Assembly (NCBI GenBank): GCA_937974175.1
Contig: CALJIG010000027.1
Location: 8,809 to 72,808, forward strand
Direction of reading: 5' to 3'
DNA length: 64,000 bases
From: an uncultured Ignavibacteria bacterium
GTDB taxonomy: Bacteria > Bacteroidota > Ignavibacteria > Tepidaquicellales > Tepidaquicellaceae
Made by a program: the position numbers and the translations under genes. Shown here one piece after another: positions 47,136-56,288 of this stretch (positions are counted from its first letter, which is position 1; every line of letters starts with the position of its first letter). A model generated the notes under the pieces. That model was not told the origin of the DNA. It made no database searches and worked only from the letters and a program-made list of their open reading frames with translations.

Positions 47136-47603
47136 TTGAATATGAGAAGTATAAAAACTTTTTTTTCTTTAATATTTTTTACGGTTGTAATTTTGATGTC
47201 GAACATTTTCAACGGATGTGTTCCGTTCGATGAATCCGGCAGCGATGATCCGTGTGTACTTTGCGAAGAGCAGAAAAAACAATACGTGCCGCCTACAACC
47301 TATGTGCCGCCGACTACTTATGTGCCGCCTACTACTAATCCTCCGCCTGTAAATTATACACCTATAAATACTGTAATTCAAATAGGCGCATTCGTAAATA
47401 AAACTTATGCAGATAATTTTACGGCTAAAGCTAAAGTTGATTTGCCGGGATATTTCATTGATATGAAGTGGAACAAAAAAGGTTTTTATCAGATTGTTAC
47501 CGGTGAATATAATAATCTTGGAAAAGCTGAGCAGGACCTCGCATACGTGAAATCAAAAGGCTACGGCGATGCTTTTATTAAAGAAACCAAATATTTACAA
47601 TAA
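47136..47603 (+). CDS. SPOR-domain (peptidoglycan-binding) protein with a Pro/Thr-rich repeat linker
   Basis: TM anchor, then 3x YVPPTT. C-terminal SPOR-like IQIGAF...YQIVTGEY....A......K..GY.DAFI. The start may be ATG at 47142 rather than TTG at 47136. Confidence 0.75.
   Translation: MNMRSIKTFFSLIFFTVVILMSNIFNGCVPFDESGSDDPCVLCEEQKKQYVPPTTYVPPTTYVPPTTNPPPVNYTPINTVIQIGAFVNKTYADNFTAKAKVDLPGYFIDMKWNKKGFYQIVTGEYNNLGKAEQDLAYVKSKGYGDAFIKETKYLQ
47283..47336 (+). repeat. Three tandem 18-nt coding repeats (YVPPTT x3)
   Basis: TACGTGCCGCCTACAACC, TATGTGCCGCCGACTACT and TATGTGCCGCCTACTACT follow one another directly. Confidence 0.9.
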
Positions 47604-47627
47604 TTTTTGAAACTTGATTTTAACATA

Positions 47628-47666
47628 AGCCTCTTTGATTTCAGTATCAAAGGGGCTTTTTTGTTT
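47628..47666 (+). terminator. Rho-independent terminator after the SPOR gene
   Basis: AGCCTCTTTGAT (47628-47639) pairs with ATCAAAGGGGCT (47646-47657), with one G-U pair. It is followed by TTTTTTGTTTT. Confidence 0.7.
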
Positions 47667-47762
47667 TAAATAAAAATATGCATACGGTTGTGAGTTTGAA
47701 TAAAAATACTTTTTTTCTAATTTGATATAACCTATCTCACACTTAATAACTCTGATATAAAA

Positions 47763-48848
47763 TTGAAAGACGGCAAATTAGTTCTAGAGAACGGCGAAAT
47801 CTTCGAAGGTAAAATTTTCGGATATGATGCTGAAACTTCGGGAGAAGTTGTATTCAATACAGCTCTCTGCGGTTATCAGGAAATTTTGACTGACCCTTCA
47901 TACTATGGACAGATAGTTATAATGACTTATCCTCTGATAGGAAATTACGGAACGAATGACGATGACAGAGAGTCAGGAAAAATTCAGGCGAAAGGACTGA
48001 TTGTAGGAAGCTATGAAGATGACTGGAGTAATTTTGAAGGCGCAGAATCTTTAAAGAGTTATCTTAAACAAAACAAAGTAATTGCCATAACGGGAATAGA
48101 TACGCGTGCCCTTACGAAAATGGTACGAGACCAGGGTTCGATGAGAGGAATTATCACAAGAGCTAAAGTTTCCGATAAAAAATTAGTGGAGAAAGTTTTA
48201 CAGACACCTGAAATGAGCGGCTCTGATTTAGTCGGATATGTAACTACTGAAAAGAATTACATTGTTAAAGCAGATAATCCGAAATATAAAATTGCAGTAT
48301 ATGATTTCGGCATTAAACAAAACATTTTAAAAGAGTTTTTGAAGTTTGATGTTGAGCTGAAAGTCTTTAATGCAAAAGCAGAGTATAAAGAAGTTCTGGA
48401 TTATAAACCCGACGGAGTATTTTTCTCTAACGGTCCGGGTGACCCTGCTGCAGTAACTTATGGAATAGAGAATGCAAAGAATTTAATTCCATCGGGAGTG
48501 CCGATTTTCGGAATTTGTCTTGGTCATCAACTTATATCACTCGCACTTGGAGGTGAAACGTATAAATTGAAATTCGGGCATCGCGGGGGAAACCATCCTG
48601 TGAAGAATCATGAAATAAATAAAATAGAAATCACTTCACAGAATCACGGCTTTGCAGTGAACGAAAAATCTTTTCATAATGATGATATAGTTATTACTCA
48701 TACAAATTTATATGACGGAACTAATGAAGGCATACGGCACAAAAAATATCCTGTTATGTGCGTGCAGTATCACCCTGAAGCATCACCGGGACCTAATGAC
48801 AGCAAATATCTATTTACAGATTTTATGAAAATTGTTTCAAAAAATTAA
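47763..48848 (+). CDS. carA: Carbamoyl-phosphate synthase small (glutaminase) subunit
   Basis: N-terminal LVLENGEIFEGK.FG, GEVVFNT...GYQE..TDPSY.GQI. GATase triad region ICLGHQL and ..QYHPEA. TTG start. Confidence 0.9.
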   Translation: MKDGKLVLENGEIFEGKIFGYDAETSGEVVFNTALCGYQEILTDPSYYGQIVIMTYPLIGNYGTNDDDRESGKIQAKGLIVGSYEDDWSNFEGAESLKSYLKQNKVIAITGIDTRALTKMVRDQGSMRGIITRAKVSDKKLVEKVLQTPEMSGSDLVGYVTTEKNYIVKADNPKYKIAVYDFGIKQNILKEFLKFDVELKVFNAKAEYKEVLDYKPDGVFFSNGPGDPAAVTYGIENAKNLIPSGVPIFGICLGHQLISLALGGETYKLKFGHRGGNHPVKNHEINKIEITSQNHGFAVNEKSFHNDDIVITHTNLYDGTNEGIRHKKYPVMCVQYHPEASPGPNDSKYLFTDFMKIVSKN

Positions 48849-48850
48849 TT

Positions 48851-49732
48851 ATGACTGAAAATAAAATTATAGACGGTAAAGAAATCTCGAACCGGATTCT
48901 TGAAGAAGTAAAAGAAGAGACAAGAGTTTTAAAAGATTCATATAATACTATTCCGGGGCTAGCATTTATTATAGTTGGAGAAAATCCTGCATCAAAAGTT
49001 TATGTAAGCAGCAAGGCTAAAGCTTGTGAGAAAGTCGGGTTTTACTCTGTGACAGAGGAGCTTCCCGAAGATGTTTCTGAAAACGAATTGCTCATGCTGA
49101 TAGATAGATTCAACAACGATAAATTAATTCATGGAATACTTGTACAGCTGCCATTGCCGAAACATATCAATGAACAGAAAGTAATTGAGTCAATCGATTA
49201 CAAAAAAGATGTAGACGGTTTTCATCCGCAGAATATCGGAAGGCTTGTAATTGGTACTGACTGCTTTATCCCATGCACACCTTACGGAATAACAGAATTG
49301 CTAAGAAGAACAAATACACAAACGAGCGGGAAGAATGTTGTTGTGCTTGGAAGAAGCAATATAGTAGGCAAACCTATTGCAAATTTAATGTTGCAGAAGG
49401 AATTTAATTCTACGGTTACAATATGCCACAGCGCAACAAAAAACCTGAATGAAATAACCGCTTCGGCAGATATATTAATAGCAGCTATTGGTAAAGCTGA
49501 TTTTGTGAAAAAGGATATGATTAAAGAAGGTTGCGTTATTATTGATGTTGGCATTAATAGAGTAGAAGATACTTCTAAAAAATCCGGTTCAAGAATTACA
49601 GGGGATGTAGATTACAATGATTGTTTTGATAAATGTGCAAAGATAACTCCCGTTCCCGGCGGTGTAGGACCAATGACGATTGCCATGCTTATGAAAAACA
49701 CACTAAAATCCGCAAACAACACATTGAAATGA
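48851..49732 (+). CDS. folD: Bifunctional methylenetetrahydrofolate dehydrogenase/cyclohydrolase
   Basis: IVGENPASKVYV, GILVQLPLP, DVDGFHP, VLGRSNIVGKP and PVPGGVGPMT motifs. Confidence 0.9.
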   Translation: MTENKIIDGKEISNRILEEVKEETRVLKDSYNTIPGLAFIIVGENPASKVYVSSKAKACEKVGFYSVTEELPEDVSENELLMLIDRFNNDKLIHGILVQLPLPKHINEQKVIESIDYKKDVDGFHPQNIGRLVIGTDCFIPCTPYGITELLRRTNTQTSGKNVVVLGRSNIVGKPIANLMLQKEFNSTVTICHSATKNLNEITASADILIAAIGKADFVKKDMIKEGCVIIDVGINRVEDTSKKSGSRITGDVDYNDCFDKCAKITPVPGGVGPMTIAMLMKNTLKSANNTLK

Positions 49733-50571
49733 ATTCCAACTATTTTGAAATAACAATTCCGTTCAATAAAGAAAATTTTGAACAGATTGAAAATACTCTT
49801 TATTATTTCGGGATAGAAAATATTCTTGAAGAGAATGGTGTTGTAAAAATTTACATTGAAGATAATAATGAGGAGCTGATTGAAAAAATTAAATCTGAAT
49901 TAAAAAACAATCACAAAACAGAAATTAAAGTGGAGAAATTCACCGATAAAAACTGGAATGCGGAATGGGAGAATTCCATTCAGCCGGTTTATATTAAAGA
50001 TAAAATTGTAATTCATTCTTCATGGAATAAAGAAACTGTTGAAAATCCCGAAGGAAAAATTTTAATTGAGATAGACCCCAAGATGTCTTTTGGCACAGGG
50101 CATAATGAAACGACTCAGATAGTTCTTGAAATGTTCTGCGAATATCTAGATGCAAATGATAGAACTATGCTGGATTTCGGTGCAGGGACGGCAGTGCTTT
50201 CCATAGCTGCAGCAAAGCTCGGAGTAGAAAATATTTTAGCAATTGAGATTGATGTTGATTCAATTGAAAATGCTAAGGAGTATATTAGAAACAACGGAGT
50301 TGAAAAACATATCAAGCTTGATAACTGCAATATATCACACGTTGAAGAAAGTGGATTTGATGTTATTGCTGCCAATATTATCCGTTCCGTTATAACAGCA
50401 AACTTAAAACATATTCATTCTAAATTAAAATCAGGCGGTAAACTTTTTATATCGGGAATTTTAATAGAAGAGGAAGAGCTATTGATAAATGAATTACAAA
50501 AATTCGATATCGAAATTATTGAAGTGAGAAAAAAAACAGAGTGGCTGGGAGTTTATGCAAGAAAAAAATAA
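49729..50571 (+). CDS. prmA: Ribosomal protein L11 methyltransferase
   Basis: PrmA pattern ..W..EWE....P......I...W........IEIDP.MSFGTGHNETT, then LDFGAGTAVLSIAA. I place the start at the ATG of ATGA overlapping the folD stop. The track ORF start (49633) lies inside folD. Confidence 0.85.
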   Translation: MNSNYFEITIPFNKENFEQIENTLYYFGIENILEENGVVKIYIEDNNEELIEKIKSELKNNHKTEIKVEKFTDKNWNAEWENSIQPVYIKDKIVIHSSWNKETVENPEGKILIEIDPKMSFGTGHNETTQIVLEMFCEYLDANDRTMLDFGAGTAVLSIAAAKLGVENILAIEIDVDSIENAKEYIRNNGVEKHIKLDNCNISHVEESGFDVIAANIIRSVITANLKHIHSKLKSGGKLFISGILIEEEELLINELQKFDIEIIEVRKKTEWLGVYARKK

Positions 50572-51478
50572 AAGAGCTGCAACAATTGATCTGGGTACTA
50601 ACACATGCCTTCTCTTAATATCAGAATTGTCCAACAATAAAGTTGTTACTATTGCAGATGTACAGGAAATGCCCCGTCTTGGCAGAGGCGTTGATAAAGA
50701 TAGAGTAATTTCCGAATCGATGTTTGAAAAAATCCGCGAGATATTTTTGAAATACAAAAGGCTTGCAGCAGAAAATAACTGTGAAAATATTTTTGCTTTC
50801 GGAACAAGCGCATTGCGTGATGCTGCAAACAAGGATGAGTTTATAAATTATATAAATTCCGAGACAGGAATCGAGATAGATATTATAGAGGGAAAAAAGG
50901 AAGCTAAGCTGGGATTTGAAGGAGCGTTGATAGATTTTCCGAGCAAAACAAATCAGGTTGTTTTAGATATTGGCGGCGGAAGTACAGAAGTTTCTCTTAT
51001 GAATAATGGCAAGCTGACATCACTAAGTATGAATATCGGAGCAGTAAGATTAAAAGAAAAGTTTTTCTCCGAGTCATATAATATAGAGAATCTTGATAAA
51101 GCCGAGCAGTTTATTCTTAACAGCTTTATAAGTCTTGCCTATCTTAATTTTGAAAATTACAATTTAGTCGGAGTTGCAGGTACAGTAACAACACTTGCTG
51201 CTTTGAATCTTGAGCTAAAACAATTCGAGCTTGATAAAGTAAGTAATTCAGTGTTACGTCTCACTGATGTTGAAAGACTCTTTTGTACATTGGTAGAAAT
51301 GACAGATGCGGAAATTGAAAAGATGGGTGAGTACATGAAGGGCAGAAGCGATATTATTACAGCAGGAACATTCATACTGCTTCATTTTATGAAGCATTTT
51401 AAATTCGAAAAAATAACAGTTTCAACAAAAGGTCTGCGTTACGGCGCAGCCCTGGAAATCTTTAATAGTCTTTTATGA
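50555..51478 (+). CDS. Ppx/GppA-family phosphatase (exopolyphosphatase-like)
   Basis: ASKHA-fold motifs AATIDLGTNTCLLLI, AFGTSALRDA and LDIGGGSTE. 307 aa (catalytic N-terminal domains only). Confidence 0.8.
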   Translation: MQEKNKRAATIDLGTNTCLLLISELSNNKVVTIADVQEMPRLGRGVDKDRVISESMFEKIREIFLKYKRLAAENNCENIFAFGTSALRDAANKDEFINYINSETGIEIDIIEGKKEAKLGFEGALIDFPSKTNQVVLDIGGGSTEVSLMNNGKLTSLSMNIGAVRLKEKFFSESYNIENLDKAEQFILNSFISLAYLNFENYNLVGVAGTVTTLAALNLELKQFELDKVSNSVLRLTDVERLFCTLVEMTDAEIEKMGEYMKGRSDIITAGTFILLHFMKHFKFEKITVSTKGLRYGAALEIFNSLL

Positions 51479-51801
51479 TAAGCACAACGAACAACATTTT
51501 TGATCTATCGAACATTAAAGATTTTTCACATGAAGTCTTTGAGATACTTGCACAAAATAATAAAGTCAGGATTGAAAGAATTATTTCAACCGGTCAAACT
51601 ACTCCGGAAGGGGATTGGTTTGATTCTGAGTTCGATGAATGGGTAATTCTCCTTGAAGGTAATGCTGAGATTTTATTTGAGGATGGTGAAGTCAAAAGAT
51701 TTTCAAAAGGAGATTATTACGGTATTTCTGCAAACAGAAAACACAGAGTAACCTATACAAGCACTAATCCGCCCTGTATCTGGTTTGCCGTTTATTTCTG
51801 A
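51475..51801 (+). CDS. Cupin-domain protein
   Basis: 108 aa. Contains EWVILLEGNAEILFEDGE...GDY..I.A...HRV. Confidence 0.65.
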   Translation: MISTTNNIFDLSNIKDFSHEVFEILAQNNKVRIERIISTGQTTPEGDWFDSEFDEWVILLEGNAEILFEDGEVKRFSKGDYYGISANRKHRVTYTSTNPPCIWFAVYF

Positions 51802-51870
51802 AAAATCCGACAAAAAAGTATTTTTTACTAGGTTGATAAATTAATTAATATCTACTTTCTTTGTGATATT

Positions 51871-52392
51871 ATGTCCTCCCGAGTGGATTATTTAATTCAA
51901 AAACTAAATCTAAAGGCGCACCCTGAAGGCGGCTTTTTTAAAGAGACTTATAGATGTGAAGAGTCTGTTAAAAAAGAAAATCTCCATCCGCGGTTCACAG
52001 GCGATAGAGCGCACTGCACTTCTATTTACTTCCTGCTTACATCAGAAAATTATTCAGCATTACATAAAATTCAGTCAGATGAAATGTGGCATCACTATGA
52101 AGGCGGCACACTCGAGATATATTCAATTAATGATGCTGGTAAATTAACGGTGCATCAGCTCGGCAAAAATTTTGAAAATAATGAACAGCCGCAAATTGTA
52201 ATAAAAGCAGGTGAGTGGTTTGGTTCAAAAGTAAAAGATAAAGATTCGTATGCTCTTGTCGGATGCACAGTCTCTCCGGGATTTGATTTTGAAGATTTTG
52301 TAATGGGAGATAAAGAAGAATTATTAAAACTTTTTCCTCAGCACAAAGAAGTAATAGAAAACTTAGCTCATAAAACTTATAAAAATGGATGA
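51871..52392 (+). CDS. Cupin-superfamily protein (DUF985 / YML079w-like)
   Basis: L..HPEGGFFKETYR, TSIYFLL, LHKIQSDEMWHHYEG and VGCTVSPGFDFEDF. Confidence 0.7.
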   Translation: MSSRVDYLIQKLNLKAHPEGGFFKETYRCEESVKKENLHPRFTGDRAHCTSIYFLLTSENYSALHKIQSDEMWHHYEGGTLEIYSINDAGKLTVHQLGKNFENNEQPQIVIKAGEWFGSKVKDKDSYALVGCTVSPGFDFEDFVMGDKEELLKLFPQHKEVIENLAHKTYKNG

Positions 52393-52819
52393 ATTTTTTA
52401 AAGCAGCAGTAGATGAAGCAAAGCAGGGATTATCCGAAGGCGGAATTCCTATAGGCTCAGTGTTGGTAAAAGACGGAGAAATTATCGGACGCGGTCATAA
52501 TAAAAGAGTGCAGGAATCAAATCCGGTTTTTCATGCAGAGATTGATTGTCTTTTTAATGCGGGAAGAATCGGTTCATATAAAGGAACAACTTTGTACTCG
52601 ACTCTTATGCCATGCCATTTATGCGCAGGGGCAGTTGTGCAATTTGGAATTAAAAAAGTTATTGTAGGTGAGTCTCTTACTTTTAACGGAGCAAGAGAAT
52701 TTATGGAATCTCATGGTGTTGAAGTCGTTGATCTGGAAGATAAAGAATGTGTTGAGATGATGAATAAATTTATTTTAGAAAATCCACAGCTGTGGAGCGA
52801 AGATATCGGCGAACTGTAA
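52385..52819 (+). CDS. Cytosine deaminase, Fcy1 (CMP/dCMP-deaminase zinc-binding) type
   Basis: Zinc motifs HAEIDC and PCHLCAGA. The C-terminal ..ENPQLWSEDIGEL closely resembles the yeast Fcy1 C-terminus (..ERPQDWFEDIGE), as I recall it. Confidence 0.75.
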   Translation: MDEFFKAAVDEAKQGLSEGGIPIGSVLVKDGEIIGRGHNKRVQESNPVFHAEIDCLFNAGRIGSYKGTTLYSTLMPCHLCAGAVVQFGIKKVIVGESLTFNGAREFMESHGVEVVDLEDKECVEMMNKFILENPQLWSEDIGEL

Positions 52820-52838
52820 ATTATAAACTAATTATTTT

Positions 52839-54161
52839 ATGGCAGTAGAAAAATTTAAGCAATTAGAAAAACCTGTTCACACTCAGAAGTTCAAAAACCG
52901 AAGAGGGCTGAACTGGATTACTCTCGGATTAACATATGCAGCAATGTATATGGCGCGATATAATTTTGGTTTTGCTAATAAAGAGCTTTCTGATACATTT
53001 GGATTTTCAAAGACAGAGATAGGTACTATTATTACTGTCAGCACACTTGTTTACGGACTATCAGCAATTTTTAACGGACCGATTGCAGATAGATGGGGCG
53101 GCAGACGCGCAATGATTACCGGCGCTGTAGGAGCCTGTGTTTTCAATTTTGCCTTTGGAATGGCTGCTTACATGGGATTTTTAGGAACAGGCACTGTGCT
53201 GCTGATGTACCTTGCAACAGCCTGGACTTTGAATCAATATTTTCAATCTTACAGTGCTCTTGCTCTAATAAAAGTAAATGCGGGATGGTTTCATGTAAGT
53301 GAGAGGGGAGTGTTTTCTGCCATATTCGGTTCGATAATTCAAAGCGGAAGAGCATTTGTTTATTTTTTGATGACTGTTCCTTTTGTAGTTTTTCTTCCAT
53401 GGCAGTGGAAATTTTTCCTGCCTGCAATAATCGTAGGTGTATTCGCTATACTCACTTATTTTATTGTAAAAGATTCACCCAAAGAAGCAGGTCTTGGCGA
53501 CTTTGATCCTCAGGATGCAACAAGCGGTGATACAGAAACAATTACTCTTAAATATGTAGCAAAAAAAGTTTTCACAAATCCTATTGCAATTACAATAGCT
53601 GCTGCGGAGTTTTGTACAGGGCTGGTGCGTAAAGGATTTGAAGAATGGTTTCCGCGCTATATGCAGGAAACACAAAATCTTACATTAGATAATCCTATAT
53701 TTCAAAGAAATGCTTTTGCAATAGTACTTGCGGGAATTGCCGGTGCGTTTATAGCCGGATTCATGTCAGATAAAGTATTCGCTTCGCGAAGACCGCCTGT
53801 TGCTTTTATTGGTTATGTGATTCAGATTATAGCACTTGCAATTGTTTCACTTGCCCCGAGTTTAAATGCAATTATCATAGCTTTCGTTCTTAATTCTCTT
53901 GCTATATCTATGGTTCACTCGATGTTATCCGGTACTGCCTCAATGGATTTTGGAGGTAAACGTGCTGCTGCAACAGCTGCGGGAATGTTTGACGGTATGC
54001 AATATGTTGGCGGTTCGATTATGGGTGTCGGAGCAGGATGGTTAATTGATACTTATGGCTGGGGAAGCTGGGGACCGAGTATGATAGGATTTTCTGTTAT
54101 AGGTGCAATACTAATGTTGAAGCTATGGAATGCAAGACCTAACAAACATGCAGGACATTAA
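52839..54161 (+). CDS. MFS transporter (organophosphate:phosphate antiporter-like)
   Basis: 440 aa with about 12 TM helices. MFS loop motif GPIADRWGGRR. Confidence 0.8.
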   Translation: MAVEKFKQLEKPVHTQKFKNRRGLNWITLGLTYAAMYMARYNFGFANKELSDTFGFSKTEIGTIITVSTLVYGLSAIFNGPIADRWGGRRAMITGAVGACVFNFAFGMAAYMGFLGTGTVLLMYLATAWTLNQYFQSYSALALIKVNAGWFHVSERGVFSAIFGSIIQSGRAFVYFLMTVPFVVFLPWQWKFFLPAIIVGVFAILTYFIVKDSPKEAGLGDFDPQDATSGDTETITLKYVAKKVFTNPIAITIAAAEFCTGLVRKGFEEWFPRYMQETQNLTLDNPIFQRNAFAIVLAGIAGAFIAGFMSDKVFASRRPPVAFIGYVIQIIALAIVSLAPSLNAIIIAFVLNSLAISMVHSMLSGTASMDFGGKRAAATAAGMFDGMQYVGGSIMGVGAGWLIDTYGWGSWGPSMIGFSVIGAILMLKLWNARPNKHAGH

Positions 54162-54237
54162 TTCGTAATAGAAGTATAACAAAAAATATCTTCCCGGGCT
54201 TGAGGTAAAAATTTTTCAATATTAATCCTATGCCCTT

Positions 54238-56130
54238 ATGAGCTCAATTCAAACACTGATAAATGAAAACAGGTTTTTCATTCCTCCTACTGAATTAAAA
54301 GATAACGCTTATATTCAAGACTACGAAGCAATTTATCAATATTCAATTTCACAACCTGAAAGATTCTGGGAAGGTATAGCCTCGGAATTAGAATGGTTCT
54401 CCAAATGGGATAAGGTTATGAATTTTAACCCGCCCCACCATCAATGGTTTATCAATGCTAAAACAAATATTACATATAATGCTTTAGACAGGCATGCAAA
54501 AGGTAATTTAAGAAATAAAGTCGCGCTTATATGGTCATCTGAAGATGGGCATGAAAAAATATTTACCTATGACAGATTGCTCAGAAGAGTTTGTCAGGTA
54601 GCCAATGCTTTAAAATCTTTCGGTGTAAAAAAAGGTGACAGAGTAATTATTTATATGCCTTTAACCCCGGAAGGAATCTGTTCGATGTTGGCGTGCGCAA
54701 GAATCGGCGCGATACATTCAGTTGTATATGCCGGCATGGGAGTTAATGCATTAAGATCGCGAATAGAAGATTCGCAGGCAAAAGTTATAATTTGCTGTGA
54801 TGTAACATATCGTGGCGGGAAGAGAATTTCTTTAAAATCTATTGTAGATAATGCCGTTGAAGATCTTATGTGTGTAGAAAAAATTATTGTAGATAGAAGA
54901 CAGGAGCCGAAAATTGAATTAAATTCAGAGCGCGAAGTAGATTTTATGGATGCAATTTCCTCGCAGCCGCAATGGTGTGAGCCTGAAGTAATGGATGCAG
55001 AAGATCCGTTATTTATTCTATACACAAGCGGCACGACAGGAACACCTAAAGGGGTAGTGCATGTTCATGGAGGATATCAGGTCGGTACATATTATTTATC
55101 TAAAGCTTTCTTTGATATGAAACAGTCAGATATTTTCTGGAGCACTTCTGATATCGGATGGATTGTCGGGCATAGTTATATAGTATATGGTCCGTTATTG
55201 AACGGAGCAACGATTCTTGCAAGAGAGGGTGCAATAGATTATCCTGACCCGGGAATTATTTGGAGTACAGTTGAAAGGCATGGGGTAAATATTATGTTCA
55301 CTGCTCCGACGGCTATAAGAATGTTCATGAAACATGGAACGGAGTTTATTGATAAATATGATTTATCTACGTTGAGATTAATTGCATGCGCGGGGGAGCC
55401 CTTAAATCCTGAAGCGCATAAGTGGGCAATCGAAAATATTGTAAAAGAAAAGGGTTACGTTATTGATAACTGGTGGCAGACTGAAATTGCTTCACCTGTA
55501 CTCGGAACATTGCCCGGAGCAAATGCGAAGCTTGGCAAAGTCGGGAAGCCAATGCCCGGAGTTGTTGTTGATATATTGAATCCTGTAACGGGAGAAAGAG
55601 TAAAACCAAACGAAGGGGGAATACTTGTATTAAAAAGACCGCTGCCATATATGATGAGAACAATCTGGGGAGACGATGACAGATATAAAAAATACTGGGA
55701 AGATTTTCCCGGATGTTATACAAGCGGCGACGTAGCATTCTATGATGAAGACGGGTATTTTTGTGTTCTGGGTCGCGCAGATGATGTAATGAATGTCGCA
55801 GGGCATAGAATAGGTACCGCAGAAGTTGAAGGCGCATTTATATCACATACTTCTGTTGCTGAATCTGCTGTGATAGGCTTGCCTGATGACCTTAAAGGTG
55901 AAAGAATAAAAGCCTTCGTTGTTCTTAAGCCGGGACATGAAAAGTCGGATAATTTAAAATCAATTTTGCGTGACCATGTAAGGCGAGAATTAGGACCAAT
56001 TGCAACACCAAGCGAGATTGAATTCAGAGATACTCTTCCAAAAACAAGAAGCGGTAAGATTGTAAGAAGGTTATTGAAGGCAGAAGAGCTGGGTGAAAGC
56101 CCCGGAGATCTATCAACACTTTCAGATTAA
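54238..56130 (+). CDS. AMP-forming acyl-CoA synthetase of the acetate/propionate-CoA ligase family
   Basis: 630 aa. Contains YNALDRH, AMP-binding motif YTSGTTGTPKG, YWQTE-like NWWQTE, GDVAFYDEDGY and PKTRSGKIVRR. Confidence 0.85.
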   Translation: MSSIQTLINENRFFIPPTELKDNAYIQDYEAIYQYSISQPERFWEGIASELEWFSKWDKVMNFNPPHHQWFINAKTNITYNALDRHAKGNLRNKVALIWSSEDGHEKIFTYDRLLRRVCQVANALKSFGVKKGDRVIIYMPLTPEGICSMLACARIGAIHSVVYAGMGVNALRSRIEDSQAKVIICCDVTYRGGKRISLKSIVDNAVEDLMCVEKIIVDRRQEPKIELNSEREVDFMDAISSQPQWCEPEVMDAEDPLFILYTSGTTGTPKGVVHVHGGYQVGTYYLSKAFFDMKQSDIFWSTSDIGWIVGHSYIVYGPLLNGATILAREGAIDYPDPGIIWSTVERHGVNIMFTAPTAIRMFMKHGTEFIDKYDLSTLRLIACAGEPLNPEAHKWAIENIVKEKGYVIDNWWQTEIASPVLGTLPGANAKLGKVGKPMPGVVVDILNPVTGERVKPNEGGILVLKRPLPYMMRTIWGDDDRYKKYWEDFPGCYTSGDVAFYDEDGYFCVLGRADDVMNVAGHRIGTAEVEGAFISHTSVAESAVIGLPDDLKGERIKAFVVLKPGHEKSDNLKSILRDHVRRELGPIATPSEIEFRDTLPKTRSGKIVRRLLKAEELGESPGDLSTLSD

Positions 56131-56235
56131 CTTCATATCATTAATACGTTGATTTTTTTGTGCAGAATATTATATTATTATAATAAATAATTTGCCACAA
56201 TGATTTAAGTTTTTTATAAGTTTAAAAATTATCAG

Positions 56236-56270
56236 GCTCCGGCAATTTATTTTACCGGAGCTTTTTTATT
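56236..56270 (+). terminator. Rho-independent terminator after the acyl-CoA synthetase gene
   Basis: GCTCCGG (56236-56242) pairs with CCGGAGC (56255-56261). It is followed by TTTTTTATTTT. Confidence 0.7.
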
Positions 56271-56288
56271 TTAATTAAATTCTCCCCT

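Noticed and set aside
49633-49728. N-terminal 32-codon extension of prmA in the ORF track (MCKDNSRSRRC...)
   Set aside because: The extension lies wholly inside the folD coding region in another frame and is Cys/Arg-rich. The ATG at 49729 overlaps the folD stop (ATGA) and gives a normal PrmA N-terminus.
54651-55837. Minus-strand ORFs of 127 and 125 aa inside the acyl-CoA synthetase gene
   Set aside because: They are antisense frames of a gene with all AMP-binding motifs. One is Arg/Leu-rich, which is typical of non-coding antisense translation.
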